Virus record (IMG/VR): IMGVR_UViG_3300032342_000007
Coordinates: 1-56,047 of that record
DNA: 56,047 bases
From: a virus
Lineage: Duplodnaviria; Caudoviricetes
Direction: 5' to 3' (one strand)
Shown one piece after another: positions 28,342 through 37,372 of this stretch; the first letter of the stretch is position 1, and every line of letters begins with the position of its first letter. The position numbers were made by a program, and so were the translations under genes. The notes beneath the pieces are model-generated. The model did no database searches, was not told the origin of the DNA, and worked only from the letters and a program-made list of their open reading frames with translations.

Positions 28342-28673
28342 CAGTCCGCTCGCTTCTCTGCGGGCTTCTGGGGCGGCGGGGCAACCCACTGCCGAAACAT
28401 CGCGTCAAAGCGCTTGTTCTTCACCGAGCCCTCATTGGAGTGGTGGTTGTTCCGCTTCTTTCCGCTGCTGGTGAGCTTGATTTTTTCGGTGGGACCAAAC
28501 GCCGAATCGAGCGAGAGGTAGCCGTACTCCGCAAGACGACTGCGCGCGATGGCAAACGCGTTCAAGAACCGCTCCTTGTTCGGTCCTTTAAGCGTCAGGT
28601 AAATCGCATAGGTGGTGTGCTTCAACAACGGAGGGAGAGGAACAGCAGCCGGTGGTGGTCCGAAAAACAGCAC
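28341..28673 (-). CDS. Hypothetical protein
   Basis: 110 aa, GGAG RBS, TGATG coupling to the primase. Confidence 0.55.
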   Translation of the reverse strand: MLFFGPPPAAVPLPPLLKHTTYAIYLTLKGPNKERFLNAFAIARSRLAEYGYLSLDSAFGPTEKIKLTSSGKKRNNHHSNEGSVKNKRFDAMFRQWVAPPPQKPAEKRAD

Positions 28674-28682
28674 GGGAACTCC

Positions 28683-30023
28683 TTAGAAGGGAACGTCGGG
28701 GTTGGAGGAACCAAACGGATCTGGATTTGTGGAAGGAGCGGCGTCGCTGCCGCCCGGACTGCCGTCGCCGGTACCGGAGCCAGCGACTCGGGGCTTCTCG
28801 GAGAAGTCCATCGTGTCGAAGTCCCAGTTGCACTCGATTTCATCGGACTCGCCTTCGCGCACCTTGAGCCCTTTGAGCATCATCGTCTTCGCCCGCTTCA
28901 TCTCGTCGGTCTGGATGAGACCGTACATGAGATCCGCATTCCACCCCGCCACGTCGGTGAGCGCAACGGACTCGGCCTGCACCGTCTTGACCTGCCCGGC
29001 CTTCACGTCACGATTGAACTGCATCGTGACGATGATGGGCACCTTGCGCCGCTTGTTGATGCGCTTCAGCTCGTCGAAGACGTTGGCCGCGCGCTCGGTG
29101 CGCGTCAAGCCCGCGACCTTGAGCAGGTACGCACCGTCGAGCACCACGATGTCGGGCTTGGCTTCTTCGACGGCTGCGTCGAACGACTCCATCGAGAAGT
29201 CGAAGTCACCGCCGACAATCATGAAGTTCGGCGAATTCACGAACTCCGCAACGCCGTCGTAGAGCTTCTTCTCCATGAACACGCCGAGGCGGCCCTTGCG
29301 GAGAGCCCCATACGGGAGCTTGAGCTTGAGCGCGTACCAGCGGAGCGCGATGCGCGCCTTCGCCATTTCGGTGGTCGCGTACAGCACGCGGCAGGGGCGC
29401 TTGGTCACGCCGTCCAACTCGGTCATCTGCTGCTCCCACGCGCAGCCCGCGACCATCAGCGAGAGCCAAGTTTTCCCGATGCCAAGCCGCGCCACGAAGA
29501 GCACCAAGTCTTCGGGCCAGAAACCCATCGTCGCTTCGTTGACGGAGTCCCACGGCGACAGCACGCCGGTCAGGCCCTTCTTGATGCGCTCGTAGTAGTC
29601 GAGCACCTCGGGGCCGAGTCCGGGCAGACTCTCAATCAGCGTACCCGCGAGCTTCTCTTTGCGAAGCTCCGTCATCGCGTTTTCGAGAGTGCTCAGTCCC
29701 TTGCGCGGCTCGGTCTCGATTTGCTTCAGCAGCGTGCTGCAAGTCGCGTGAAGCAGCTTCGCGAGCTTGCGATCCATGATGCAGTCGATGAAGTAGTCAG
29801 AGGCTCCAGCGATGGAGTCATCGAGCGCGGTGCTGGTGGCGTGACAGACGATTTCAATCGGCGGAAGGTCGGGATGCTGCTTGGAGTAGTTGAGGATGAA
29901 CTCCCACGCGGCGCGGCCTTCACCGGCCATGTGTTCGAGCGTGATGCCTCGGGCGAGCGCCTTCCGGAGCCCCGGTCGTCCTTCTCGCAGCACCGCGACG
30001 ATGAAGCCCTTGTCGAAGTCCAT
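28683..30023 (-). CDS. dnaB: DnaB-like replicative helicase
   Basis: ARLGIGKTW, YATTEM, VVLDGAYL, MQFNR, KVREG; tail PDVPF. Confidence 0.92.
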   Translation of the reverse strand: MDFDKGFIVAVLREGRPGLRKALARGITLEHMAGEGRAAWEFILNYSKQHPDLPPIEIVCHATSTALDDSIAGASDYFIDCIMDRKLAKLLHATCSTLLKQIETEPRKGLSTLENAMTELRKEKLAGTLIESLPGLGPEVLDYYERIKKGLTGVLSPWDSVNEATMGFWPEDLVLFVARLGIGKTWLSLMVAGCAWEQQMTELDGVTKRPCRVLYATTEMAKARIALRWYALKLKLPYGALRKGRLGVFMEKKLYDGVAEFVNSPNFMIVGGDFDFSMESFDAAVEEAKPDIVVLDGAYLLKVAGLTRTERAANVFDELKRINKRRKVPIIVTMQFNRDVKAGQVKTVQAESVALTDVAGWNADLMYGLIQTDEMKRAKTMMLKGLKVREGESDEIECNWDFDTMDFSEKPRVAGSGTGDGSPGGSDAAPSTNPDPFGSSNPDVPF

Positions 30024-30024
30024 C

Positions 30025-30621
30025 TCAGCCTCCCTTCTTGAAGCTCAGTGGAACGCGGGCCATCAATTCGGCAGGGGGAGAAGTCTGATCAGGGTGGTCC
30101 TTGAACCATTGCATCAGCTCCGCGACCGCCGGGTGTTGTTCGACTTCGATTTTCGGCTGCTGCGCTTCCGGCATCAGCGTCTCCGCCATCACGAAGAGCC
30201 AGCCGACGGTGGGCACGATGGGCGACTTGGGGAACCGCTCCCGGATGCTGCCCCAGTTTCCGAAGACGTGCCGGAAGTACAACTCGACGAGCGACGCCGA
30301 GTATTTCTGGATGAGCTTGACGGTGAGCCCGACTTCCTTCCCGCCCTTCGGTTTTCCGTCCTCCATCACGAACCAGCGCGCGGTCACCAGCCCCGGATGG
30401 TAGGCCGCCATCAGCTCCTCCCAGACCACTTCGAGCTGACGCACCGAGCCTCGCGGAACATGCCGCTGCGGCCCCGGTCCCTTCAAATTCTTCGCGAACT
30501 GCGCTTTCTTCTGGCGCGCCGCAGTCTTCACGTCGTTCCGTTCGCGTTGAGCTTTGCCTCGCGCTTGAGCGCCTTTCACCAACAGCTCCAGCGCCGTTTT
30601 CCGCTCCGAGTCCGCGCTCAC
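30025..30621 (-). CDS. Paralog of the initiator C-terminal domain
   Basis: Shares E.VW...MA..P, NW..+..R+.KSP and LMPEAQ with 31376..32692. Confidence 0.7.
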   Translation of the reverse strand: MSADSERKTALELLVKGAQARGKAQRERNDVKTAARQKKAQFAKNLKGPGPQRHVPRGSVRQLEVVWEELMAAYHPGLVTARWFVMEDGKPKGGKEVGLTVKLIQKYSASLVELYFRHVFGNWGSIRERFPKSPIVPTVGWLFVMAETLMPEAQQPKIEVEQHPAVAELMQWFKDHPDQTSPPAELMARVPLSFKKGG

Positions 30622-31379
30622 GGTGAACCCTTCTCGAAGATTTTGGTGCGATTCGATTTCATCTCTGCGACGCGACGGTTGTCACCCGTGATTGGAATCT
30701 CGTAGAGCACGCGACCAACCTGCTCGTGCCACGCAAGCTGAATCGCACCCAGCTCGACGAACGTCAGGATGGAAGTGAAAAAAGTGGGACGCTTCGCAGC
30801 CGCGCGGTCGATGACCAGCGACTTCCAGTTGAAAAAAGAATCCGAAAAATCGGTCGGGTCGATGTCGTCGATGATGAGAACCTTCGCTCGACGAATCAGA
30901 GTCTCGACGAGGCCGCAGTCACCGAACTCTCGGTGAAAGCGAACCGCATCACGCAGGTCGCTCGCACGCGTAAAGTAGATGCTCCGGTCGGTGAGGTGCC
31001 CGTACCAGCCCTCGTTGAGGAGCTTCGCGGGGATTTCCTTCCCTCGCGCATCGAGCTTCAGTGGCTTCAGCTCCCCCGTTTCGTCAAGTTCGCGTTCTTC
31101 GAAGCGACGCAAGCCCGCCTTCGCGAGCTGAATCGCGGCGGTGGTCTTCCCAACTCCAGCTTGGCCGGAGAACCAGTAGCCCAGCCCCTGCCAAACGAAC
31201 TCGGTCTGGTGCTTCAGGTAGTTCCCGACCGCGAGCAGCGCGTCGGGCGTGCAGTCGGAGAGCTTGCAGTCCCAGATGTTCGCCGGGGTGTTGAACACCG
31301 CCTGCGCGTCCGCCCCCGACAGGGGCCACTTCGGTCTCGTCGGTCCTTCGGCGAGATCCGCTTCGTCCACTTCGCTCAT
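30618..31379 (-). CDS. DnaC/IstB-like AAA+ helicase loader
   Basis: GQAGVGKT, VLIIDD, R....PTFFTS; lies between the initiator and DnaB. Confidence 0.8.
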   Translation of the reverse strand: MSEVDEADLAEGPTRPKWPLSGADAQAVFNTPANIWDCKLSDCTPDALLAVGNYLKHQTEFVWQGLGYWFSGQAGVGKTTAAIQLAKAGLRRFEERELDETGELKPLKLDARGKEIPAKLLNEGWYGHLTDRSIYFTRASDLRDAVRFHREFGDCGLVETLIRRAKVLIIDDIDPTDFSDSFFNWKSLVIDRAAAKRPTFFTSILTFVELGAIQLAWHEQVGRVLYEIPITGDNRRVAEMKSNRTKIFEKGSP

Positions 31380-32692
31380 AGCTTGTCCCCCTTCAACTTC
31401 GGCGCGCGGAACACCTCTTGCGCGAGTTCCGGCGGAAGAAGCTCACCGGGGTTCGCGCGCTGCCACGCGGCTACGCGGTCCTTCAACGCCTGCACCTGCT
31501 GGGCTGGAGTCACAGCCCCCTCGACGCCCTGCGCCTCCGGCATCAGGTCCTTGACCTTCCACTCTGCCTGAAGCGTGTTCGGCGTCGCCGGAAAGTTCGG
31601 GCTCTTCTCGTAGCGCTTCACCAGCGACTTCCAGTTCGCGATGACCCATCGGGCGTACACGAGCGTCGCCTCCAGCCCGTAGTCGTCCATCAGGGAAAGA
31701 ACGTTTTTCGCCTCGCAGCTTTTCGACGGCTCCGCCAGCAACCCGTCCTTGCCGACGGTCAGCCACTGCTTGTGCCCGAGCGGGACCTTTGGGTAGTGCT
31801 TCGCCATCTCAGCCCGCCAGACCTGCTCGACCTTGGCGACGGCGTTCAGGCGGTCCTGTTGGGCCGCTGTGCGGGCTTTGGCTTCAAGAGGGGTCACGGC
31901 GGGGGTCTCCTTCGAAAGTGGCTCCACGGCCCGCACAGGCGGCGGAGGGGGGCTCCCGGAACCGGGGGAGGGTCGGTCGGTCGGCCGGTCGGCCGAGCGG
32001 TCGGTCGGCTGGTCGTCGGTCGGTCGGTCGAGTCGTGTCGGTCGGGCGGCTTCCGACGCTTTTGGAACGGCCGCGAGACGCAGTGTTGGAGAGAGGCTGT
32101 TCCCCCTCTCTTCAAAGAGATTTTTGTTCTCTTCAGACCTGTTCTCTTCATTATCGGCAAATTTTGCCGGGGTAAGGCCGGAAATATTTGCCGGGGTAAG
32201 GCCGGAAATATTTGCCGGGGTGGGATATGTCGTACCCCGGCAATCGTTGCCGGGGTTACCGGGGTCAGAATTGCCGGGGTGGTCAGGAGTAGTCCAAGGA
32301 AAACCGTGCGCTTCCATACGCAGTTGCGCGCGTGACTCGGAGGCGTCCGTCGCACGCACATGGTCGGCGCGGCGGCGCGCTTTGGCCTCCTTCGCGGCCC
32401 ACTCCACGGTTCTGAGCTGCCAAACGTGCTCCAGAAGCCAGTACCGGGACGACTTTCCGTGCCGGTGTTCGACCCGCAAGAGCTTCTCTTTTTCGAAGAA
32501 GCGGACCGCTGACCGGACCGTGCGCACGCTGAGGGTCACCTCGCGCGCGATGGTGTGGATGCTGGCCCACGCGAACTGGTTCTTGCCCACGTTGCGCAGA
32601 ATTTCGGCGTAGACCAGCTTCTGCGCGGGCGTGAGTTCCGGCGTCACCTTCAGCCAGACGGTGTTGACCGAAAAGCCCGAGGCGAAGCTCAT
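31376..32692 (-). CDS. Phage replication initiator (N-terminal winged HTH) containing the probable origin
   Basis: LTPAQKLVY...AWASIHTIAREVTLSVRTV...SRY; central iterons; lambda O-like layout. Confidence 0.8.
   Translation of the reverse strand: MSFASGFSVNTVWLKVTPELTPAQKLVYAEILRNVGKNQFAWASIHTIAREVTLSVRTVRSAVRFFEKEKLLRVEHRHGKSSRYWLLEHVWQLRTVEWAAKEAKARRRADHVRATDASESRAQLRMEAHGFPWTTPDHPGNSDPGNPGNDCRGTTYPTPANISGLTPANISGLTPAKFADNEENRSEENKNLFEERGNSLSPTLRLAAVPKASEAARPTRLDRPTDDQPTDRSADRPTDRPSPGSGSPPPPPVRAVEPLSKETPAVTPLEAKARTAAQQDRLNAVAKVEQVWRAEMAKHYPKVPLGHKQWLTVGKDGLLAEPSKSCEAKNVLSLMDDYGLEATLVYARWVIANWKSLVKRYEKSPNFPATPNTLQAEWKVKDLMPEAQGVEGAVTPAQQVQALKDRVAAWQRANPGELLPPELAQEVFRAPKLKGDKL
31970..32046. 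repeat. Degenerate (GTCG)n tetranucleotide tract
   Basis: ggtcggtcggtcggccggtcggccgagcggtcggtcggctggtcgtcggtcggtcggtcg; encodes PTDR-like repeats. Confidence 0.85.
32100..32280. promoter_or_regulatory. Putative replication origin: iterons plus AT-rich strand-asymmetric tract
   Basis: TTGCCGGGGT at 32164, 32188, 32212 (24-bp period), 32247 and 32271. Palindromes CGGCAAA-T-TTTGCCG and ACCCCGGCAA-tcg-TTGCCGGGGT. Pyrimidine/AT-rich tract at 32100-32155. Confidence 0.8.
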
Positions 32693-33074
32693 CGAGCCAC
32701 CAACGAATTCAAGGTGCGCCTACGGCGAAGTTCTGGCCACCGGAAGCTGTTGCGTTGCTCCCTCAGGAACGAAGGAGTTGATCCCTCTCGTTTCCCGGCC
32801 ATGCGCGGTCCCCCAGCTCCAGAGATTCTTCTGACCGCGCCGCGTGCGCAGAAAAAAGCGGGCGGATCTGGGTTCGCCGTCCCAGCAGAGGTCGGGAGCT
32901 GCACCCTCGCTGAAAACCCCAGATCCACCCTAGACCAGAAAGTGACATGTCGATCTTGGCTCCCAATCCGTTTGACATCGTTCCGGCGAGGAACGAGGCG
33001 GCGGACTTCTACGCCCGCATCCGCGAAGCCGTCAAGAGCTTCGCGCGCGCTACCGAAAGCGTCGCGAGTTGGAG

Positions 33075-33184
33075 TTTTCCACAGCCCAACTCTCGTCGAG
33101 AAACGAACGGATCTTGCTTCGTTTCCCACAGGCTGACGCATCGCCTCTCCCTCTAACGAAAAACTTCTCCACAGGTTTCCCACA
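33075..33184 (+). promoter_or_regulatory. Cluster of four DnaA-box-like 9-mers
   Basis: TTTTCCACA (33075, fits TTWTNCACA), TTTCCCACA (33122, 33176), TTCTCCACA (33165). All are co-oriented and followed by G. Confidence 0.65.
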
Positions 33185-33249
33185 GCCTCTTGCGGACGCA
33201 CCTCTCCCAGCACGGCGACCGCCGCGCCGATTCCCCCGGCGGCGCGCGG

Positions 33250-33507
33250 CTACTTCGCGCTCGCCTCCGAAACCCAGCCCTTCCCTCCGCACGTCGGACA
33301 CGTTGCCGACGTGACCAGCGACCACCGACCGCTCAGCAGCTTGAGTTTTCCGCTCTTCCGCAGCCGCTGGAGTTCTCGGTCCAGTCGTTGGTCGTACGTC
33401 TGCGTGGAAAGTCCCAGCGCCTCGCGCATCTCTTTGTTCGACTTCGGCCCCTTCGTCAGCAATGAGGCCACTCGGCTCTCCGTCACCTCTCCGTCCTTTC
33501 GTTTCAT
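33250..33507 (-). CDS. Small winged-HTH protein with CxxCxGxG knuckle
   Basis: GPKSNKEMREALG...LQRLRKSGKL...GRW; CPTCGGKG; GGAGG RBS. Confidence 0.7.
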   Translation of the reverse strand: MKRKDGEVTESRVASLLTKGPKSNKEMREALGLSTQTYDQRLDRELQRLRKSGKLKLLSGRWSLVTSATCPTCGGKGWVSEASAK

Positions 33508-33514
33508 GTTCCTC

Positions 33515-35449
33515 CTAGTTGTTGCGCAGATACTTCGTGAAGCTGGAGGCGACGATCTGCACGAGCCCCTCCCCCAGTCTTTCGGTTTTCATTCGACGCC
33601 AGTTGGCAGGCGCTCCCAGCATGAAAGAGAGCTGCGAGTCCTTCATCTCATCCCCGATGATGATGCCGGTCACACTCATTCCCGAGCGGCGGGCGTGGCG
33701 AATTTCGCTGCGCGCGTGAGTCAGCAGTGACTGGGTCGAGAATCGGTTGATGGTTCGAGTCGCGTGCGTCGGTGCGCCATCAGTGATGAGGATGAGGTGC
33801 TTCGCCTCGTTGCCCTGCTCCATGAAGCGCACCGCCACACGAAGCGCCAAGTGCAGCGGAGTCGCGCCCGCGACCTTCGCTTCATCCGAAGAGAAGTTCA
33901 GGCGTCCGGGCCGGAATCGAGAGATGTCGATCTCGCCCATTTTGAGCGATTGGAATCCCCAGACATGGAAATCCACGAAAGGGAACAGCAGCGAAGCTTC
34001 CAGCGTTCGACACGCGCGCTCCGCCTGCTCACTCTTCGCGCCTCCCATCGAACCAGAGCGATCCAGCAACACGAGCGCCTTGAAGCCGCGCCCGCTCTGC
34101 TCGGTCCGGAAACACGGCACCGACTGGCGCGAGACCAAGCCCTCGATGTACGCCGACACGTCGATTTCGCTGCCGGAGTCGTGGAGCGTGTACCGCCGCC
34201 GACCCAACACCCGGTAGAAGACCGAGCGCAGGCGCTGGACTGAACCGCGATCTTCCAAAGCGGGCATCTCACTCTTGCGCACGCCAACGTCCTTCAAGTT
34301 CACCTTGCCGTAGGCGTTCTTGCTGATCCACCCGTCGTGCTCCATCTGCTGGCCGAGCGTTTTCATCGCGCGCTCGACAACCTCAGCCATCTTCGTTCCG
34401 GAAGAGGCGAGGAACTCCTCCAGCTTTCCGGCGTCCTTGGTGTCCAGCGTCGAAACGAAGTCGGCAACCTTCTGACCCTTCTCCCGCTCTTCTTTCGTCG
34501 GGTACTTGGTCGGCTTCACGTCATCGCGCCACGAGTAGAGCGCGGAGGGGCAGCCCATCACTTCGAGCAGCTTTTCGAACGCCCTTGAGCGTGCTCCCGC
34601 GTCTTTCAGGACCGCACGGTCTTCGGGCGGTGGAGCTTCCTCGGGGGTCGTCGAGGTCCGATTCTTCAGCCGCTGGAGCGCCTGCGCGGCGAGGCTCTGG
34701 GTCTGCGGGTTCTGCGGCGCTCGGCGGGGCTGGGCTATCTCAGAGACGAACTGCTGCATGAGCCACTTGGAAACCGCCAGCGTCGCAGCGAAGCCCCGGC
34801 GCTCCACCTTCAGCAACGCCTCTTCCATCGCCGGGCGCAGGTAGTCGTACGGCCCCGTCGGAGGCTCGACCTTCGCCGAGACGACGCACAGGTACGTCGA
34901 GGGGCAGAGGTGCGCGCGCCCGATGAACTTCAGCACCATGTGCTTGTGCATGGCCTGCATCTCGATGAAAGAGCCCGGATACAACAGCGCCCAGAGCGAC
35001 TCGACGCGCGCGTCTTCGAGGATGCCGATGATGACCGAGAGCAGCTCTTTGAGATGATCCGCGTGGTGGTCCTCCAGCGCCTGACCTTGCAGCGCGAACG
35101 ACTTCTTCACCTGCTCGACGTAGAGCCGGATGAACGCGACCTTCCCCTCGATGCTTGACTGGAAAAGGATGTGGGCCAGCTCGTGTTCGACGATGCGGTA
35201 GAAGAACGGGTTCTTGAACGGCGCGAGAATCTCGTGGCCGTCGGTGCTCGGGAAGTTGCCTTCCTTCAGCCACAGCTTTCGCTGCGCGAGCCCTGCGAAG
35301 GTTGCGACCGTTTTGTACGCGGCTCCCCGAACATCTTCCTCTCGCCCCCGCTGGTAGAGCGAGTTGAGGTCGATGGTTCGGTTCGGATCAAAGATGGACC
35401 TCTCCAGCTCGACGGCTTCCGCCCCCTCCACCACCTCGAAGTTGCTCAT
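33515..35449 (-). CDS. vWA-domain protein (CobT/NorD-like) with N-terminal HExxH region
   Basis: HELAH, LEDARVE, MIDAS DRSGS, GATP, ITDG. Confidence 0.85.
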   Translation of the reverse strand: MSNFEVVEGAEAVELERSIFDPNRTIDLNSLYQRGREEDVRGAAYKTVATFAGLAQRKLWLKEGNFPSTDGHEILAPFKNPFFYRIVEHELAHILFQSSIEGKVAFIRLYVEQVKKSFALQGQALEDHHADHLKELLSVIIGILEDARVESLWALLYPGSFIEMQAMHKHMVLKFIGRAHLCPSTYLCVVSAKVEPPTGPYDYLRPAMEEALLKVERRGFAATLAVSKWLMQQFVSEIAQPRRAPQNPQTQSLAAQALQRLKNRTSTTPEEAPPPEDRAVLKDAGARSRAFEKLLEVMGCPSALYSWRDDVKPTKYPTKEEREKGQKVADFVSTLDTKDAGKLEEFLASSGTKMAEVVERAMKTLGQQMEHDGWISKNAYGKVNLKDVGVRKSEMPALEDRGSVQRLRSVFYRVLGRRRYTLHDSGSEIDVSAYIEGLVSRQSVPCFRTEQSGRGFKALVLLDRSGSMGGAKSEQAERACRTLEASLLFPFVDFHVWGFQSLKMGEIDISRFRPGRLNFSSDEAKVAGATPLHLALRVAVRFMEQGNEAKHLILITDGAPTHATRTINRFSTQSLLTHARSEIRHARRSGMSVTGIIIGDEMKDSQLSFMLGAPANWRRMKTERLGEGLVQIVASSFTKYLRNN

Positions 35450-36306
35450 GCAATCGCGCCCTCAGAAACCTTGAGGCCGAAGATGCTCGTGATGCGCGCC
35501 TTCACCGTGTCGCGGTCATCGCCGTCGAATTTTCCGATGAGAATGCGCAAGGCCCTCGGAAGACCGACTGACGCGATGTCTTCGATGGCTTGCTGAACGT
35601 CTCGCGGCGAGAGCGCGTACTCCATCGCCTTCTGCCGCGTCTCGATGGCGAGCTGGAGCACGCGGTCCAGCGTCTTCGGCTCCAGCTTCTTCAGCAGCTC
35701 CGCGTCCACCACCTCGGTCAGGATGGCCTTCTCCTGCGCCGGGTTGGGGTACTCCAGTGCGAGCAGACGGAAGCGACTCTTCAAGTCCTCGTTCAGCGCA
35801 TAGACGCCGCCGTACACCGCCGTGTTCATCGTGCCGACGAACCAGAGCTTCGCGCCTGCGTTCAGCTTGAAGACCTTCTGGCACTCCGGCACCTCGATGC
35901 GCCGCCGGAAGTCAGCCAACCCGTTGAGCACCTTCTGCATCTGCGGCGACAGGCCGTTGATTTCCTCCAGCACGAGGATGCACTGGCCCACTTCGTTGGC
36001 GATTTCAAAGGCCGTGGTCAGCGGCCCCAGCACGAATGGTGTCTCGCCACCACGCAGCAGATGATGCCCAATCAGGTGGCTGCGCCGCACGTCTTCCGAG
36101 CAGTCGAACGTGATGATGGGGCACTTCTTCAGCGCGGCGAAGGTTTGGAACGAGAGCGTCTTGCCGATGCCCTTCGGGCCAACCAGCACGAGGTTCGAAC
36201 GGAACATCAACCCCTCGTAGAGGCCGTGTAACCCGAAGACATCGACGAACTTCAGCCCCTCCCTCGGCGCGTATTCCTCCGTGGGAATTCGCTCAACGCT
36301 ACTCAC
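35446..36306 (-). CDS. MoxR/CbbQ/NorQ-family AAA+ ATPase
   Basis: GPKGIGKT, FVLGPL, LVLEEIN, TMN..YGG..LNEDLKSRF. Confidence 0.9.
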   Translation of the reverse strand: MSSVERIPTEEYAPREGLKFVDVFGLHGLYEGLMFRSNLVLVGPKGIGKTLSFQTFAALKKCPIITFDCSEDVRRSHLIGHHLLRGGETPFVLGPLTTAFEIANEVGQCILVLEEINGLSPQMQKVLNGLADFRRRIEVPECQKVFKLNAGAKLWFVGTMNTAVYGGVYALNEDLKSRFRLLALEYPNPAQEKAILTEVVDAELLKKLEPKTLDRVLQLAIETRQKAMEYALSPRDVQQAIEDIASVGLPRALRILIGKFDGDDRDTVKARITSIFGLKVSEGAIA

Positions 36307-36914
36307 GCCCCTGCCTTCTTCTTCTTCGGTTTCTGGGTCTTCGCGTCAGCGGCGAGGACCGCCGCACCGAAGGCCGCGCCTTCGACGACGGCTTGCTTCT
36401 CGGCGTTGAAGCTGGCGAACGCCGCCTCGGTCAGGGACTCGATTTCTCCCGAGGCTCCCACGGTGAGCGCGAACGACACCTTCTTCAGCGCATCCACAGC
36501 AGGACCATCGAGCTTCCCAGTCTCGATGAGGGCTTGGATCTTCGACGGGTTGAGCACCGTCGTGGTGACCTTGTCGTAGACCGCGCTCTCCTCGATGCCG
36601 TTCACCGCGAGCAAGGTCTTGAACTTCTCCTCCTCAGGCAGCTTGGAGATCTTCTTGTCCACGCGAACCGTGCTGCCGTTCATCTCGAACTTGCGGCCTC
36701 CGGTGTCCGTCTCGATGCCGATCTTGCTCGCGTCGTCGAGCAGGCTCAGGCGCAGCAGCTCCATGCGCTTCTCCAGCCGATCTTTCATCCACCGAGCGAG
36801 CGAGTAGGTGGTCAGCTTCTCTCCTGTCGAGAGGCTCTCGATCGGCAGGTGCATCACCTCGCCACTCGACATCGGCTTGACTTCGGACTCGACCAGCTTC
36901 ACGAGGGACTTCAT
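36303..36914 (-). CDS. Hypothetical protein
   Basis: ATG 36914 after GGAG; first gene of the leftward operon. Confidence 0.65.
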   Translation of the reverse strand: MKSLVKLVESEVKPMSSGEVMHLPIESLSTGEKLTTYSLARWMKDRLEKRMELLRLSLLDDASKIGIETDTGGRKFEMNGSTVRVDKKISKLPEEEKFKTLLAVNGIEESAVYDKVTTTVLNPSKIQALIETGKLDGPAVDALKKVSFALTVGASGEIESLTEAAFASFNAEKQAVVEGAAFGAAVLAADAKTQKPKKKKAGA

Positions 36915-37063
36915 GGCGTTTCTCCGTTCAACATGCGGGTGAGGCTCCTTCGTACCAAAGAGGTCTGACACCCGAGTAGCAGCAGGGATGCTGTTTGTCA
37001 CGTAACTTATTTCAACCGCTGGGGAATCCGAGACCCGCCCTCTCGTGTGCGGTAGAGTTGGGC

Positions 37064-37372
37064 ATGGCCTACTACTACGCGACCGTGCCCGGCGTGTTCC
37101 CGGTACCCGACCCTGAAAAGGGACCAACCATCGTCTACAGCACGCGATTGCTGATGGAGCACGCGCTGTTCGACATGAAGGTTCAGGCGCAGCGGCTCGA
37201 TGTTGAGCTGGATGGCACCCGAGCTTTCCGCACGGACGAGCGGTACATCGAACGATTTCAGAAAGATCAATTCGGCTACGTCATCTTGTTCGGTGACAAA
37301 AAGGTCTACTGGACGACGACAAATCCGGTAGGAGCTGATGCGGAAACCGAGTCCCGATGGAGAGCACTATGA
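37064..37372 (+). CDS. Hypothetical protein (probably leaderless)
   Basis: TAGAGT, 5 nt, then ATG 37064. Confidence 0.6.
   Translation: MAYYYATVPGVFPVPDPEKGPTIVYSTRLLMEHALFDMKVQAQRLDVELDGTRAFRTDERYIERFQKDQFGYVILFGDKKVYWTTTNPVGADAETESRWRAL

Noticed and set aside
32155-32280. Repeats as a CRISPR array
   Set aside because: The 24-bp period has no unique spacers and lies in frame within a gene; iterons fit better. The Cas4-like gene has no cas1/cas2 neighbours.
32689-33213. 174-aa ORF upstream of the initiator
   Set aside because: Arg-rich with no motifs or RBS; the region is better explained as regulatory DNA.
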